Shown: positions 16,451 through 26,284 of the stretch, one piece after another | Numbering within the stretch: position 1 is the first letter of the stretch | How the letters are laid out: each line of letters starts with the position of its first letter | Program-made: the position numbers and the translations under genes | Notes under the pieces: model-generated | Told to the model about the DNA's origin: nothing | Database searches by the model: none | Seen by the model: the letters and a program-made list of their open reading frames with translations, nothing else | DNA from: a virus | Lineage: Duplodnaviria > Caudoviricetes | IMG/VR virus record: IMGVR_UViG_3300033067_000735 | Span: 1 to 37,979 of that record | DNA: 37,979 bases | Strand: one strand, 5' to 3'

Positions 16451-17611
16451 ATGGCACTCTCCGAAACCCAGAGCAACAACAAGCTCGTCAAGTACCGCGA
16501 CGACTTCATCGTCGAATGGTGGCGCGAAAATCGGTTCAGCCCGTACCAGGGCGCCGACATGACCTCCATCATCCGCGTCTTCAATGACCTGAAGGCCGGT
16601 GGCGAGGAACTGAACATCCCGATGCTGTCGAAGGCACGCGGGACCGGCGTCGGCTCCGGCACGCTGACCGGCAACGAGGAATCCCTCGACGACTACGGGA
16701 TGCGCGTCCGCGTCGATTGGGCTCGCCACGCCATCGCGATGAAGAAGAGCGAGAAGCGGAAGCAGTCCGCCGACGCCTTCGGCGAAGCCAAGCCGCTCCT
16801 CAACGGCTGGGCGGACGAACTGCGCCGCGACGAGACGATCGTTGCGATGCTCTCGCTCCCCTCGGAATCGGCACAGGCGAACCTCGGCAGCGATGCCGGC
16901 GACCGCGTGGCCGGTATCCGCTACGAGGCGGCCACCGCCACCCAGCGCAACACCTGGAACGCCGACAATAGCGACCGCGTCCTCTACGGCAACGCGACCG
17001 CCAACTACAGCGCCACGCACGCGACCGCGCTGGCGAACGTCGATGCGACCAACGACCTCTTCGGCCTCGGTTCGTCCAAGCTGATGAAGCGTCTCGCCAT
17101 GAACGCCGACCCCGCGATCAAGCCTTTCAAGGTCGAGGGGACCAACAAGGAGTTCTTCGTCGCCTTCCACGGCAGCAACACCTTCGCCGATTTCCAGGCT
17201 GCGCTCGACGCGGCTGGCATCGACAAGGATGCGCGCGCCCGTGAGAAGGGCGGCATGGACGAGAACCCGCTGTTCCAGGGCGGCGACGAGTTGTACCGCG
17301 GCGTCATCCACGTCGAGGTGCCGGAGATCGACCAGTACGTGACCAACACGGCCACGTCGCTCCTGACGGCCGGCGCGGGCTCCATCCGCGTCAACCCGGT
17401 GTTCCTCTGCGGGCAGTCGTCCCTCGTGTTCGGCGTGGGCCAGATGCCCAAGCCGACGTTCCGCGAGTCGACCGACTACCAGTTCGTCGAGGGCGCCGGA
17501 ATTGAAATGTGCTACGTTCTGGCCAAGGCGTTCAAGAAGTACCCCAAGACTGCGACCACGCTGAAGCAGATCGGCATGGTCACCGGCTTCTTCGCCGCGA
17601 CCGGAACGTAG
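16451..17611 (+). CDS. Major capsid protein (DUF4043/N4-gp56-like)
   Basis: 386 aa; LTGNEESL, RHAI, NPLFQG...YRGVIHVE and FLCGQS motifs; highly biased codons. Confidence 0.9.
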   Translation: MALSETQSNNKLVKYRDDFIVEWWRENRFSPYQGADMTSIIRVFNDLKAGGEELNIPMLSKARGTGVGSGTLTGNEESLDDYGMRVRVDWARHAIAMKKSEKRKQSADAFGEAKPLLNGWADELRRDETIVAMLSLPSESAQANLGSDAGDRVAGIRYEAATATQRNTWNADNSDRVLYGNATANYSATHATALANVDATNDLFGLGSSKLMKRLAMNADPAIKPFKVEGTNKEFFVAFHGSNTFADFQAALDAAGIDKDARAREKGGMDENPLFQGGDELYRGVIHVEVPEIDQYVTNTATSLLTAGAGSIRVNPVFLCGQSSLVFGVGQMPKPTFRESTDYQFVEGAGIEMCYVLAKAFKKYPKTATTLKQIGMVTGFFAATGT

Positions 17612-17636
17612 TCCCCAACATCCCCTGAATGACTGA

Positions 17637-17668
17637 CCCGTCCGGCTGGTGGCCGGGCGGGATTCTCT
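17637..17668 (+). terminator. Hairpin after the capsid gene (weak terminator or mRNA stabiliser)
   Basis: CCCGTCCGGC-tggtg-GCCGGGCGGG then ATTCTCT; a second hairpin CTTCGCC/GGCGAAG follows. Confidence 0.55.
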
Positions 17669-17710
17669 GCCCCTTCGCCAATTCCGGCGAAGAAACAATT
17701 GGAGACTCCA

Positions 17711-18136
17711 ATGCCCCGTGAATTCATCAAGTCCGGCTCGCTGCCCGCCTACGGCAACAGCGGCAGCAAGGCTATCGCGTTCAAGTGGAACAGCGGCGCC
17801 GGCATGAACACCATCGTGGACCTCTTTTCCCTCCCGGCCTATGCGTCGGTCTGGGGCGGCGGCATCCACATCCTGACCGCCTTCAACGACTCCGGCACCG
17901 ACACGTTCGACATCGGCTTCCGGGGCGGCTCGGCGACGGATGACCCGGACGCCTACGGCACGCTTCTGGCGGGCACGGCGGTCGGCTTCATCGCCCTCGA
18001 CGAGCTGGCGACGACCACGAACATCATCAACACGAAGCCGGTCATCGTCACCTGTCGCTACAACGCCCAGAACAGCAACGCGACGGCCGGCGTGGCGATG
18101 ATCACGATCGCCTACAGCGTCGTCAATCTGGCGTAG
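17711..18136 (+). CDS. Capsid decoration/cement-like protein
   Basis: GGAG RBS; follows capsid; TAFNDSGTDTFDIG motif. Confidence 0.7.
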   Translation: MPREFIKSGSLPAYGNSGSKAIAFKWNSGAGMNTIVDLFSLPAYASVWGGGIHILTAFNDSGTDTFDIGFRGGSATDDPDAYGTLLAGTAVGFIALDELATTTNIINTKPVIVTCRYNAQNSNATAGVAMITIAYSVVNLA

Positions 18137-18139
18137 CCC

Positions 18140-18418
18140 ATGGCCCTGATAACCTTCCTCGGCGGCCCGGACACGGGCAACGTCGGCGAAGTAGAGTGGG
18201 GGCGATTCACATTCGCCCTCAACCTACCCGTCGAATGCGACGACCCCCACATCGTCGCGAAGGCAAGCGGCAATCGGTTCTTCCGTGTGGAATCTCTGGG
18301 GTCACAAACGACCCCAGAGGCCCCGCCAGAGGCCGTCGTGAAACTCGACCCGCTGGCCAAGGCGCGTGCCGCCAAGGCCGCCAAGCGGGCGTCTGAGGCC
18401 GGAGACGACATGGCATGA
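18140..18418 (+). CDS. Hypothetical head-associated protein
   Basis: Coupled ORF; KASGNRFF motif and basic tail. Confidence 0.65.
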   Translation: MALITFLGGPDTGNVGEVEWGRFTFALNLPVECDDPHIVAKASGNRFFRVESLGSQTTPEAPPEAVVKLDPLAKARAAKAAKRASEAGDDMA

Positions 18419-18864
18419 CCTACCCGACCTTCTCCCGCGAGCAGACCGTAGACCGCGCCTTGCGCGTTCTTGGCGTCGTGCCCTCCGGCCAGACCCCGGA
18501 TGCAGAGGACCGGGCCGTCGTTGACGACCTGGTCCTCCCCCTGCTTGCCCGGCTGAATGCGGAGAAGATCACCTATCACGTCGACCAGGAAGGCAACGTG
18601 ACGCAACTGGACGATCCCGACGCCATCCCGGCGAAGGCGTTCATGGATGTGGCGATCCTCCTGGCCGACGCCTGCAAGCAGGAGTTCGGCATTGCCGCGC
18701 TGCCACAGGCCGACCCGATGATGAGCGAGAAGCGATTGCGGACTGTGTGGAGCGTGGGGCCGACACAGGAGACCTATGAGGAGTGGGTGACGGACCTCGA
18801 CACTGACGTTTCGACCCTCGTCACCAAGCGCCGCAACGAGACCCTCCAGGGAAACTACTTCTGA
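18415..18864 (+). CDS. Head-to-tail adaptor (P22 gp4-like)
   Basis: VDRALRVLGVVPSGQTPDAED pattern; synteny. Confidence 0.7.
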   Translation: MTYPTFSREQTVDRALRVLGVVPSGQTPDAEDRAVVDDLVLPLLARLNAEKITYHVDQEGNVTQLDDPDAIPAKAFMDVAILLADACKQEFGIAALPQADPMMSEKRLRTVWSVGPTQETYEEWVTDLDTDVSTLVTKRRNETLQGNYF

Positions 18865-19364
18865 TGACCGACCTCCGCACGGGCTACTGGTCGCTCTTCG
18901 TCCCCTCGCAGGCGGTGGGCGCTTCGACTGTCTTCTTCGATGTCTGGAACGGCTCGAGCCGCGAGATCACCCTGTCGAGCCTCACGGCAGTCAAGGACGG
19001 CAGCGTGGCTGTCTCCGGTGTCGTGGCAGTGCAACTCTACCTGACCCGCACCACGGCCATAGGGACGGGCGGGACGGCGGCAACGTCGGAGGGCACGAGC
19101 CTGTCGGCCGCGACCATCACCAAACTTCAGACGTTCGCGCTTCCCTCGGGCATCGACGCCCGCAAGACGCCCACGGGCGGTGCGACGGCCGGCGCTGTAG
19201 TTTGCGAGCGCCAGATATTCACCGAAGAGACGAACGCGGCCGACTATGAGGGGATCGAGTTCCTGACGAGCGCGCTTGTGGTTCCCGCCGGCACCGGCAT
19301 CCGCGTCGTGCAGGGTTCGGTTGCCAGCGTCGGCAGCATCGGGTTTGGGGCGGCGTTCTACTAA
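18864..19364 (+). CDS. Probable virion protein (166 aa)
   Basis: TGATG coupling; beta-rich. Confidence 0.65.
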   Translation: MTDLRTGYWSLFVPSQAVGASTVFFDVWNGSSREITLSSLTAVKDGSVAVSGVVAVQLYLTRTTAIGTGGTAATSEGTSLSAATITKLQTFALPSGIDARKTPTGGATAGAVVCERQIFTEETNAADYEGIEFLTSALVVPAGTGIRVVQGSVASVGSIGFGAAFY

Positions 19365-19714
19365 GCGTCGGGAAGGACGATGATGAAGTCCTTCCTCGGG
19401 TTGAAGTCCATGATCGTGTGTTCCTCGCCGGCCTCGATGACGAACGTGTCGTGCCCCTTGCCGCCGTACAGATGATCCTCGCCGCCCTTCCCGAACAGGG
19501 TATCGTTCCCCCGGCCGCCGTATAGGAAATCGTCTCCGATCTGCCCGTACAGCTTGTCGGCACCGCGCCCGCCGAACGCGGTCACAGGGCTCATGGACGT
19601 GGCGATCAACTGATCGTCTCCCCGGAACCCGTACATCGTCGATTCCTCGCCCATGTGGGCGTTGTCGTCCCTCGTGCCGACGAACACGTCGAACGAGTCA
19701 TACGGTCGCGTCAT
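19361..19714 (-). CDS. Small RTX/hemolysin-type calcium-binding repeat protein (moron)
   Basis: Nonapeptides GGRGADKLY, GQIGDDFLY, GGRGNDTLF, GKGGEDHLY, GGKGHDTFV, then IMDFNPRKD; AGGGAGG RBS. Confidence 0.85.
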   Translation of the reverse strand: MTRPYDSFDVFVGTRDDNAHMGEESTMYGFRGDDQLIATSMSPVTAFGGRGADKLYGQIGDDFLYGGRGNDTLFGKGGEDHLYGGKGHDTFVIEAGEEHTIMDFNPRKDFIIVLPDA

Positions 19715-19771
19715 GGCCTGCTTCCTCCCTTGGTTGCGAAGAATGTGGCCCGCCTGTGAGACCCCCGCAAG

Positions 19772-22165
19772 ATGCCCCCAGTTCTTTTCCCGGCCTCTTC
19801 GGCCCCCGGCAAGGATGCCGTCGAGGGCAGCGGGCGGCTGATCAACGCCTATTCGGAAGCGCTGCAACCGGGTGCCCCCGCGCAGTACGTCATCCGTCGC
19901 GCGCCGGGGCTGACGCTCTACAGCGACGCGGCCAGCACCACGGCGCCGCGCGGCGTCTGGTTCGATGCCACGTCCTACGTTTACGCGGCCTATCCCGGCT
20001 CGCTCTCCTATTTCAACGAGTCGGGGACCGAGACAGTCGTCGGCGTGCTCCCCGATGGCGCCGTGTCCTTCACCGGGCGACAGTCGAGCACAACGGACAC
20101 CAACTCCTACACCCTGACATCCGTGCCCTTTGGCGATGCCGTCGCCTCACGACGCATCGTCGTCGGCGTTGCCGCGATGGAATACGAAGGGTCTGAATTG
20201 ACGACCAACGGAGCGTTCACGTCGAACCTGACGGGCTGGACGATAGCACCGTCTGGATCATCGTGGACGTGGGGCGGTGGCGCGGCGGTCAGCGCCATCA
20301 CCGGTCTCGGCGTCGAGATACTCAAAACGCTTTCCCAGGTCATCACCACCGTGGCGGGCGCTACCTACCGTGTTCGGTTTGTCGTCTCGGCGCTGACTGG
20401 CGGCCTGAACGTCAACTTTGGCTCAGGGTCTTTGAGCGTAAACGCTACGGGGACATTCGATTTTGTGGGGGTCGCTTCTGGCACCTCGACGACCGTCTAT
20501 ATCTCGAAAACATCCGCCGATATCCAAAGTGGGACCGTCGCCGATATTTCCATCAAGCGCGTCCAACTCGCCCTCCCAACCGCCGTCACCATTGGCGGTG
20601 TAGGCGCTACCGCGGCGGCATCCGCCACCCGCGCCGCCCTGTGGGTCGCTACCGTGCCGACCGGCACCACCGGCAGCATCGTCCTCACCTACGCCAACAC
20701 CATGAACGAGGCCTATGTCGCCGTCTGGCGCCTCGGCGGTGTATCGAGCGACACGCCGACGGATACGGACACGCCGACCACCACGCCCGGCGCGGCCTCC
20801 GTTACCGTCTCTGCCGGCTCCATCGCCATCTTCATGGCCCAGCACGACAGCGCCATCACCTGGACGGCGAGCGGGGTCGCTCAGGATGATGCCGCCTCGC
20901 CTGCCACCGCCAACCGCTACACCGCCTTCTCGGGCTTCTCGACCGCCGCCGGCACGGCATCCATCACGTCCAGTTCTCCGATCGCATCCATCGCCGCCGC
21001 CGTCTGGCAGGGCACCGTCTCTGCTCTTGGCGATGGCGTCGTGACCTTCGCCAAGAACAACAAGGCGACGCCTGACCAGGTGCTGGTAGTGTCCGGTAAT
21101 GCGCTCGTCACCTTCACCACGGCCTCCATCAGCGCGCCGGTCAGCGTCAACAGCGAAGTGCCTACGTCGGTCTGCTTCGGCGAGTCCTATTTCTTCGTCG
21201 GGACCACGACCGGCTATTGCTACGCCTCGGGCACCAACGCGGCCACCTTCTCCAGCCTCGACCGCGTCCGCATGGAAGCGCGGCCGGGGCCGATCATCCG
21301 CACCGTGTTCTGTAACGGGGAGCTCTACGTCTTCCTCGAATCCAACATCGAGGTCTGGGCATCGAACGGCAACCCGAACGCCACCGGCTTCCCCCTCAAC
21401 CGAACCACCGTCATCTGGCGCGGCCTCATTGCCCCGCTCGCCGTATGCGGCTTTGAGGAGGGTTTCGAGGGCGGGCTGATCTGGGTGGCTGACGACAACT
21501 CCGTCCGTGTCCTCTCCGGCTATAACCCGCAGATCATTTCCACCCCTGACGTGGAGCGGGCGATCGAGGCCTGCACGAACAAGAGCGCCATCCGGTGCTT
21601 CGTCTACGACCTCGACGGCCATGCCTGTGTCGTGGTGGACGTGGCGGGCGAGGCGACGTGGGTCTACGACCTCAGCGAAGGCGGCAAGTGGCACGAGCGC
21701 AAGTCGTCGGGCCTCGATGCCTGGCGCATGACCGGCAACAGCGTGAAGGCCTTCGGCAAGTGGATCGCCGGGGACCGCACGTCGGGCAACCTCTACCAGA
21801 TCGACACCAGCGCCTATGACGAGGCTGGGACGGCGATGTCCTTCGTCGCGGAATCCATTGCCATGGAGGCCTTCCCGCAGCGGCTTCAGATCCCGCGGGC
21901 CGACTTCAACTTCGGAATGGGTGTGGGGACCGATGCCGTGCCGGAACCGCAAGTCTCGGTGCAGTGGTCGGATGACGGCGGGCACCGCTGGTCCGACCCG
22001 GTGTCGCGAAGCCTTGGCGAGAACGGCCGGCGCAAGATGCAAGTTCGCGTCAACCGCATGGGCCTGACAGGCGTGAAGGGGCGTCGTTTCCGGCTCACGA
22101 TCGACGACCCGGTCTATGTCGCACTGCTCGCCGGTTCGATGGAAGTCGAGGCGCGGAAGTCCTGA
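19772..22165 (+). CDS. Tail hub / packaged-DNA stabilisation protein (P22 gp10-like) with a large internal insertion
   Basis: RLINAY, IEVW, ISTPDVERAI, TWVYDL...WHER, WSDDGGHRWS and RVNRMG...RRFRLTIDDPV motifs. Confidence 0.85.
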   Translation: MPPVLFPASSAPGKDAVEGSGRLINAYSEALQPGAPAQYVIRRAPGLTLYSDAASTTAPRGVWFDATSYVYAAYPGSLSYFNESGTETVVGVLPDGAVSFTGRQSSTTDTNSYTLTSVPFGDAVASRRIVVGVAAMEYEGSELTTNGAFTSNLTGWTIAPSGSSWTWGGGAAVSAITGLGVEILKTLSQVITTVAGATYRVRFVVSALTGGLNVNFGSGSLSVNATGTFDFVGVASGTSTTVYISKTSADIQSGTVADISIKRVQLALPTAVTIGGVGATAAASATRAALWVATVPTGTTGSIVLTYANTMNEAYVAVWRLGGVSSDTPTDTDTPTTTPGAASVTVSAGSIAIFMAQHDSAITWTASGVAQDDAASPATANRYTAFSGFSTAAGTASITSSSPIASIAAAVWQGTVSALGDGVVTFAKNNKATPDQVLVVSGNALVTFTTASISAPVSVNSEVPTSVCFGESYFFVGTTTGYCYASGTNAATFSSLDRVRMEARPGPIIRTVFCNGELYVFLESNIEVWASNGNPNATGFPLNRTTVIWRGLIAPLAVCGFEEGFEGGLIWVADDNSVRVLSGYNPQIISTPDVERAIEACTNKSAIRCFVYDLDGHACVVVDVAGEATWVYDLSEGGKWHERKSSGLDAWRMTGNSVKAFGKWIAGDRTSGNLYQIDTSAYDEAGTAMSFVAESIAMEAFPQRLQIPRADFNFGMGVGTDAVPEPQVSVQWSDDGGHRWSDPVSRSLGENGRRKMQVRVNRMGLTGVKGRRFRLTIDDPVYVALLAGSMEVEARKS

Positions 22166-22665
22166 TGGTCAACGTCCCGAATGCAGGCGTTCCGATCACC
22201 GGGGCGCTAGCGATGGCGCGCGACTGGTACTCGTTCCTGACGGACCTCAACCGCAGCAAGTTCCCGGTCGATCCGTCGGCCGCTGAAATCGCGGCGATGC
22301 TGACCACCCTCACGCTTGCCGGGGCCAACTACACGCCGACGGGGACGGGCGTCACGAATGTCGACAGCGTCACTCCCGCCGAGGCGAATTACATCCGGGT
22401 CGGCAGCAGCGTGTTCGTTTCGTTCTATGCCGCCGTGGATGCCACCCTGGCAGCGGCGACCACCACCGTGTTTGCCCTGAGCTTGCCGATCGCGTCGGCC
22501 CTGACCTCTTCCCGTCAACTCTCCGGCGTCGGTACTACAGCCGGCGTTTGGCAGACGGTCGACATCGAGGGCGACGCCACCAACGACCGCGCTTCCCTCC
22601 GTTACACGTCCCCGGTCACGACCGCCATCGCGATCACAGGCATCTTTGGATACCGCATCCTATGA
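22165..22665 (+). CDS. Tail-associated protein (166 aa)
   Basis: Follows the gp10-like gene; MARDWYSFL N-terminus and YIRVGSSVFV beta domain. Confidence 0.65.
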   Translation: MVNVPNAGVPITGALAMARDWYSFLTDLNRSKFPVDPSAAEIAAMLTTLTLAGANYTPTGTGVTNVDSVTPAEANYIRVGSSVFVSFYAAVDATLAAATTTVFALSLPIASALTSSRQLSGVGTTAGVWQTVDIEGDATNDRASLRYTSPVTTAIAITGIFGYRIL

Positions 22666-22925
22666 ACGCTTTCGAGGGGACGCCCGACGAATACCGGGAG
22701 CACCCCGAAGGGTCGCGGCAATTCTGGCGGTTCGTCGATGGCGAGCCAGTCGGGGCGCCGACATGGGTGCGCGAGGGCGTGACCTTCGCCGAAGTCTACG
22801 AGCGCCGGGCCAACCCTCCGCCCCCCGAACCAGACCCCCGAGACGCGAAGATTGCCGCCTTGGAAGCCCGCATCGGCAAGGTCGAAGCGGAAACCATCGC
22901 CGCACGGAAATTGCAGAAGGACTGA
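22662..22925 (+). CDS. Hypothetical 87-aa protein with C-terminal coiled coil
   Basis: ATGA overlap; KIAALEARIGKVE. Confidence 0.65.
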   Translation: MNAFEGTPDEYREHPEGSRQFWRFVDGEPVGAPTWVREGVTFAEVYERRANPPPPEPDPRDAKIAALEARIGKVEAETIAARKLQKD

Positions 22926-22930
22926 AGGCC

Positions 22931-23656
22931 ATGGCACTCGGCGATCTCTTCTCCGACAGCAACGAAAAGCAGGCGGCGAACACCGTCGACAAGGGCTACA
23001 AGAAGGGCTTCAAGCAGGCCACGAAGCAGCTCAACAAGGGCTTCAAGGGCCTCAAGACCGACTACGCCAAGGCGATGGACAGCATCGCCACGGGCGCGGA
23101 TACGGCGACCGGCTATCTACAGCCCTACGCTGACGCTGCCGCCCCAGCGGCGGGCATGTATTCCGACGCCCTTGGCCTCAACGGGGCCGACGGCAATGCC
23201 CGTGCGGTCGGCGCCTTTCAGGTCTCTCCGGGATATGACTTCCAAGTCAATCAGGGCCTCGATGCGCTCGACCGGCGCGCGGCCTCTCGCGGGATGCTCG
23301 CCTCGGGCAACAACAGCATCGACACGATCAACTACTCGCAGGGCGTCGCCAACCAGGAATACGGGGGCTGGCTCGACCGGCTGAACGGCCAGCAGCAGTT
23401 CGGCGCGGGCGTGGCAGGCCAGATGGGCGGCATCGCGACCAACGCGGCCACGCAACAGGCGGCGGTGCGGACGGGCCTCGGCGACGTGAAGATGGGCCTT
23501 GGCGAGCGAAAGGCCGACCTCGCCTATGCGACGCGCCTTGGCCGGGCTGGCGTCGAGGCGGACTACCTTGCCGGCAAGGACGGCACCGGGGCCAACATCG
23601 TCGGCGCCGTGACCGGCGGCATCAGCACGGGCGCCAAACTGCTCGGCGCGGGGTGA
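22931..23656 (+). CDS. DNA ejection/pilot protein (P22 gp7-like)
   Basis: FQVSPGYDFQVNQGLDALDRRAASRGMLASG motif; Gly/Ala-rich. Confidence 0.8.
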   Translation: MALGDLFSDSNEKQAANTVDKGYKKGFKQATKQLNKGFKGLKTDYAKAMDSIATGADTATGYLQPYADAAAPAAGMYSDALGLNGADGNARAVGAFQVSPGYDFQVNQGLDALDRRAASRGMLASGNNSIDTINYSQGVANQEYGGWLDRLNGQQQFGAGVAGQMGGIATNAATQQAAVRTGLGDVKMGLGERKADLAYATRLGRAGVEADYLAGKDGTGANIVGAVTGGISTGAKLLGAG

Positions 23657-23662
23657 TGCGTC

Positions 23663-25051
23663 GTGGCCGACCGGAATTACGCGGCTGAGTTGATGATGGC
23701 AGCACCCGCCGCATCGCCCGTCCCGACGTATGCCGAACGCCTGACATTCGCGTCCATGTACCCCCCTGAACTGGTGAACGCCGAAAACCCGCTCCCGTCC
23801 TACGAGGAATCGTACTGGGACCGGATGACGCGGGCGTTGCCCGATGCGCCCCCGGTGGCGATTGCGAGCGGCATCATCGGCGGCATAGGCGACCTCGCGA
23901 TGCAGGCGAACGAGGCCATGCCGTGGGGCGGGGATAACCCGGCGGCCATCGGCATGTATCCCGGAAGCATGTCCCCGGAAGGCCGGGACGTGCATTCGTT
24001 CGGCGGCATGAACATCGACCCGAGTGTTCTGGTGCCGTTTGCACAGAACGTCGCGGGGATGGCGACGACAGGCAGCCTTGCGGCCCCTGCGGTGAGGAAC
24101 GCAACGGGCATGGGCATCAGGGCCTATCACGGCAGCCCGCACGACTTCGACCGCTTCAGCATGGACAAGATCGGGACGGGGGAGGGGGCTCAGGCTTACG
24201 GGCATGGGCTGTACTTCGCTGAGAATGAGGGGGTGGCGCGAGGGTATCGCGACGCGCTGAAAATGAAGGGTTACGACAACAATCCGATGTACGCAGAAGC
24301 GGTCAATAATCACGGGTTTGGGGCCAAAGAGTTCGACCAGTTTGAGAGCATCGCGAGGCAAACTGTCCATGAGCCGGATGCTTTAGCCAATGCATTCTTT
24401 GACCGAAATGCCGAGTGGAGCCCGCTCAGGGATGACCCTGTAGAGTACCAGAACGTTCGGGATTTTGCCCAGAAGTATATCGACAGCACGCCGCAAGGCC
24501 GCATGTACGAAGTCGACATCAATGCCTCCCCTGACGAGTTCCTTGACTACAGCGCACCACTCGACCGCCAGAGCCCGAAGGTGCGGCAGGCGCTTGAAGG
24601 ACTAGGCGTCAAGATTGGCAAGCGCGACTCCCGCAGTGGCGGCGACATGCTCGGCGAGTTCGGTGACAACCCGGCTGCCGCGTCTCAGGCCCTACGGGAC
24701 GCCGGGATCAAAGGCATCCGATATGAGGATGCAGGGTCGCGGTTCGACCCTGCCGAGGCTCGCAGGGAACTCACGACGCTTGAGGAGGAGTTGGGCTTCG
24801 TCACCCGTAGCCCGGCCCCGGACCCCGTGGCTATCCGCAACCTTGAGCGGCAGATCGGGGACTTGAAGAGCAAACTCGACCGCCCGCAAACGTCCAACCT
24901 GGTAGTGTTTGACGAGGACACGATCAGCATCCTCAAGAAGTACGGCATAGCGGGCCTGACGGCGGGCGGGGCAGGCGCGGCCATGCTCGGCGGCACATCC
25001 GACCCCGCATCCGCTGCCGCCCCTTCCTACTCCACCGGCGGACGTTTCTAG
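23663..25051 (+). CDS. Putative ejected protein with polyvalent-protein ADP-ribosyltransferase-like domain
   Basis: AYHGSPHDFDRF...GTGEGAQAYGHGLYFAE, MYEVDI, GIKGIRY and NLVVFD motifs. Confidence 0.65.
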   Translation: MADRNYAAELMMAAPAASPVPTYAERLTFASMYPPELVNAENPLPSYEESYWDRMTRALPDAPPVAIASGIIGGIGDLAMQANEAMPWGGDNPAAIGMYPGSMSPEGRDVHSFGGMNIDPSVLVPFAQNVAGMATTGSLAAPAVRNATGMGIRAYHGSPHDFDRFSMDKIGTGEGAQAYGHGLYFAENEGVARGYRDALKMKGYDNNPMYAEAVNNHGFGAKEFDQFESIARQTVHEPDALANAFFDRNAEWSPLRDDPVEYQNVRDFAQKYIDSTPQGRMYEVDINASPDEFLDYSAPLDRQSPKVRQALEGLGVKIGKRDSRSGGDMLGEFGDNPAAASQALRDAGIKGIRYEDAGSRFDPAEARRELTTLEEELGFVTRSPAPDPVAIRNLERQIGDLKSKLDRPQTSNLVVFDEDTISILKKYGIAGLTAGGAGAAMLGGTSDPASAAAPSYSTGGRF

Positions 25052-25060
25052 GAGCCCCTG

Positions 25061-25312
25061 ATGCAGGACTACGCTTCCCGTCTCCGCACGCTCCCCGGAG
25101 TCGACACCGCCTCCCAGACCATCGGGCCCGGCTCTGCGCAAGCGCTCATAGGGCCGTATGCCGGCAGCCTCCCGGGGGTAGGCGAGGGGACGGACGGCAA
25201 TGGCTCCGGCTATCAGCTTCAGCTTGCCGACAACGCGCCCGTCACCCCTGAGCAGCGCGGCATCATCGACATGATGATGCAGTTCATGAACAACGCCCCG
25301 AGGGTCCGCTGA
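25061..25312 (+). CDS. 83-aa protein in the ejection cluster
   Basis: AGGAG RBS; TGATG coupling to next gene. Confidence 0.7.
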   Translation: MQDYASRLRTLPGVDTASQTIGPGSAQALIGPYAGSLPGVGEGTDGNGSGYQLQLADNAPVTPEQRGIIDMMMQFMNNAPRVR

Positions 25313-26283
25313 TGGCCTATGTCCCGCCCGTCAACATCCCCTCGCTCGGAGGGCGCAACTATGCCGGCGAGCTGTACGGCATGTTCTCCGGCGTGGGCGA
25401 TGCGTTCTACCAGAACCGCCGCGACAAGGTCGGGGACGCTCAGTGGCAGTCCGAACAGGACCGGATGAACACGGCACAGGCGCTCGCTCAGAAGAACGCC
25501 GACCGCAACTATGCGCTTGAATTGCAGAAGTTCGAGGCCGACAAGGCGTCCGGTGCTGGCGGCGAGAGTTTCTACGGCTCGGCTCAGTGGTATCAGCGTC
25601 CCGACGGTTCGATGGGCTTCGGCGTCCTCGGCAATCAGGGCTCGTTCAAGGACATGCCGCCGCCGGAAGGCACTCAATGGGCGCCGCCTGTCACCTACAA
25701 GGACACGGGCACGTCTTATGTGCCGGTCAACTCCCGGGGCGGCGGGATTGCAGGCGAACCATTGCCGATCGACGTGGCGGGAGAGAAGCGGGCGGGCGCG
25801 ATAGGCACGGCCGGCGGCAATGCCGCCGCCGCGCTTCCCATGATCGAGTACCAGACCGGCGTTCTGCTCGGCAGCATCGACGACGTGATCAACGACCCGA
25901 ACCTGCCGTACCTCACTGACCCGGTCGGCGGCCTCGTCCCCACGTGGATGTTCACCACTGATCCCGGCGGCATGGCGGCCACCCAGGCGAAGATCAACCA
26001 GGTCATCGGCAAGAGCTTCCTCCAGGCCTATGACGCGCTTCGCGGTGCCGGCGCCATCACCGAGCAAGAGGGACAGGCGGCCAAGGAGGCGTGGACGCGC
26101 CTGACCACCCAGACCATGAGCGATGCGGACTACCTTCAGGCGCTCATGGATTACCGCCGCGAGGCCGCTCAGATGCTTGAAATCGCCCGGCAGCGGGCGA
26201 CCGGCGGCCAGCCCGCCGCACAGTCGCAGGGCATCCCCCTCACCACGCCCGGCGGCGTCACGTTCCAGAAAGTGAGCCCGTAG
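25312..26283 (+). CDS. DNA ejection protein (P22 gp20-like position)
   Basis: FLQAYDALRGAGAITEQEGQAA...RL motif typical of podophage DNA transfer proteins. Confidence 0.7.
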   Translation: MAYVPPVNIPSLGGRNYAGELYGMFSGVGDAFYQNRRDKVGDAQWQSEQDRMNTAQALAQKNADRNYALELQKFEADKASGAGGESFYGSAQWYQRPDGSMGFGVLGNQGSFKDMPPPEGTQWAPPVTYKDTGTSYVPVNSRGGGIAGEPLPIDVAGEKRAGAIGTAGGNAAAALPMIEYQTGVLLGSIDDVINDPNLPYLTDPVGGLVPTWMFTTDPGGMAATQAKINQVIGKSFLQAYDALRGAGAITEQEGQAAKEAWTRLTTQTMSDADYLQALMDYRREAAQMLEIARQRATGGQPAAQSQGIPLTTPGGVTFQKVSP

Positions 26284-26284
26284 C

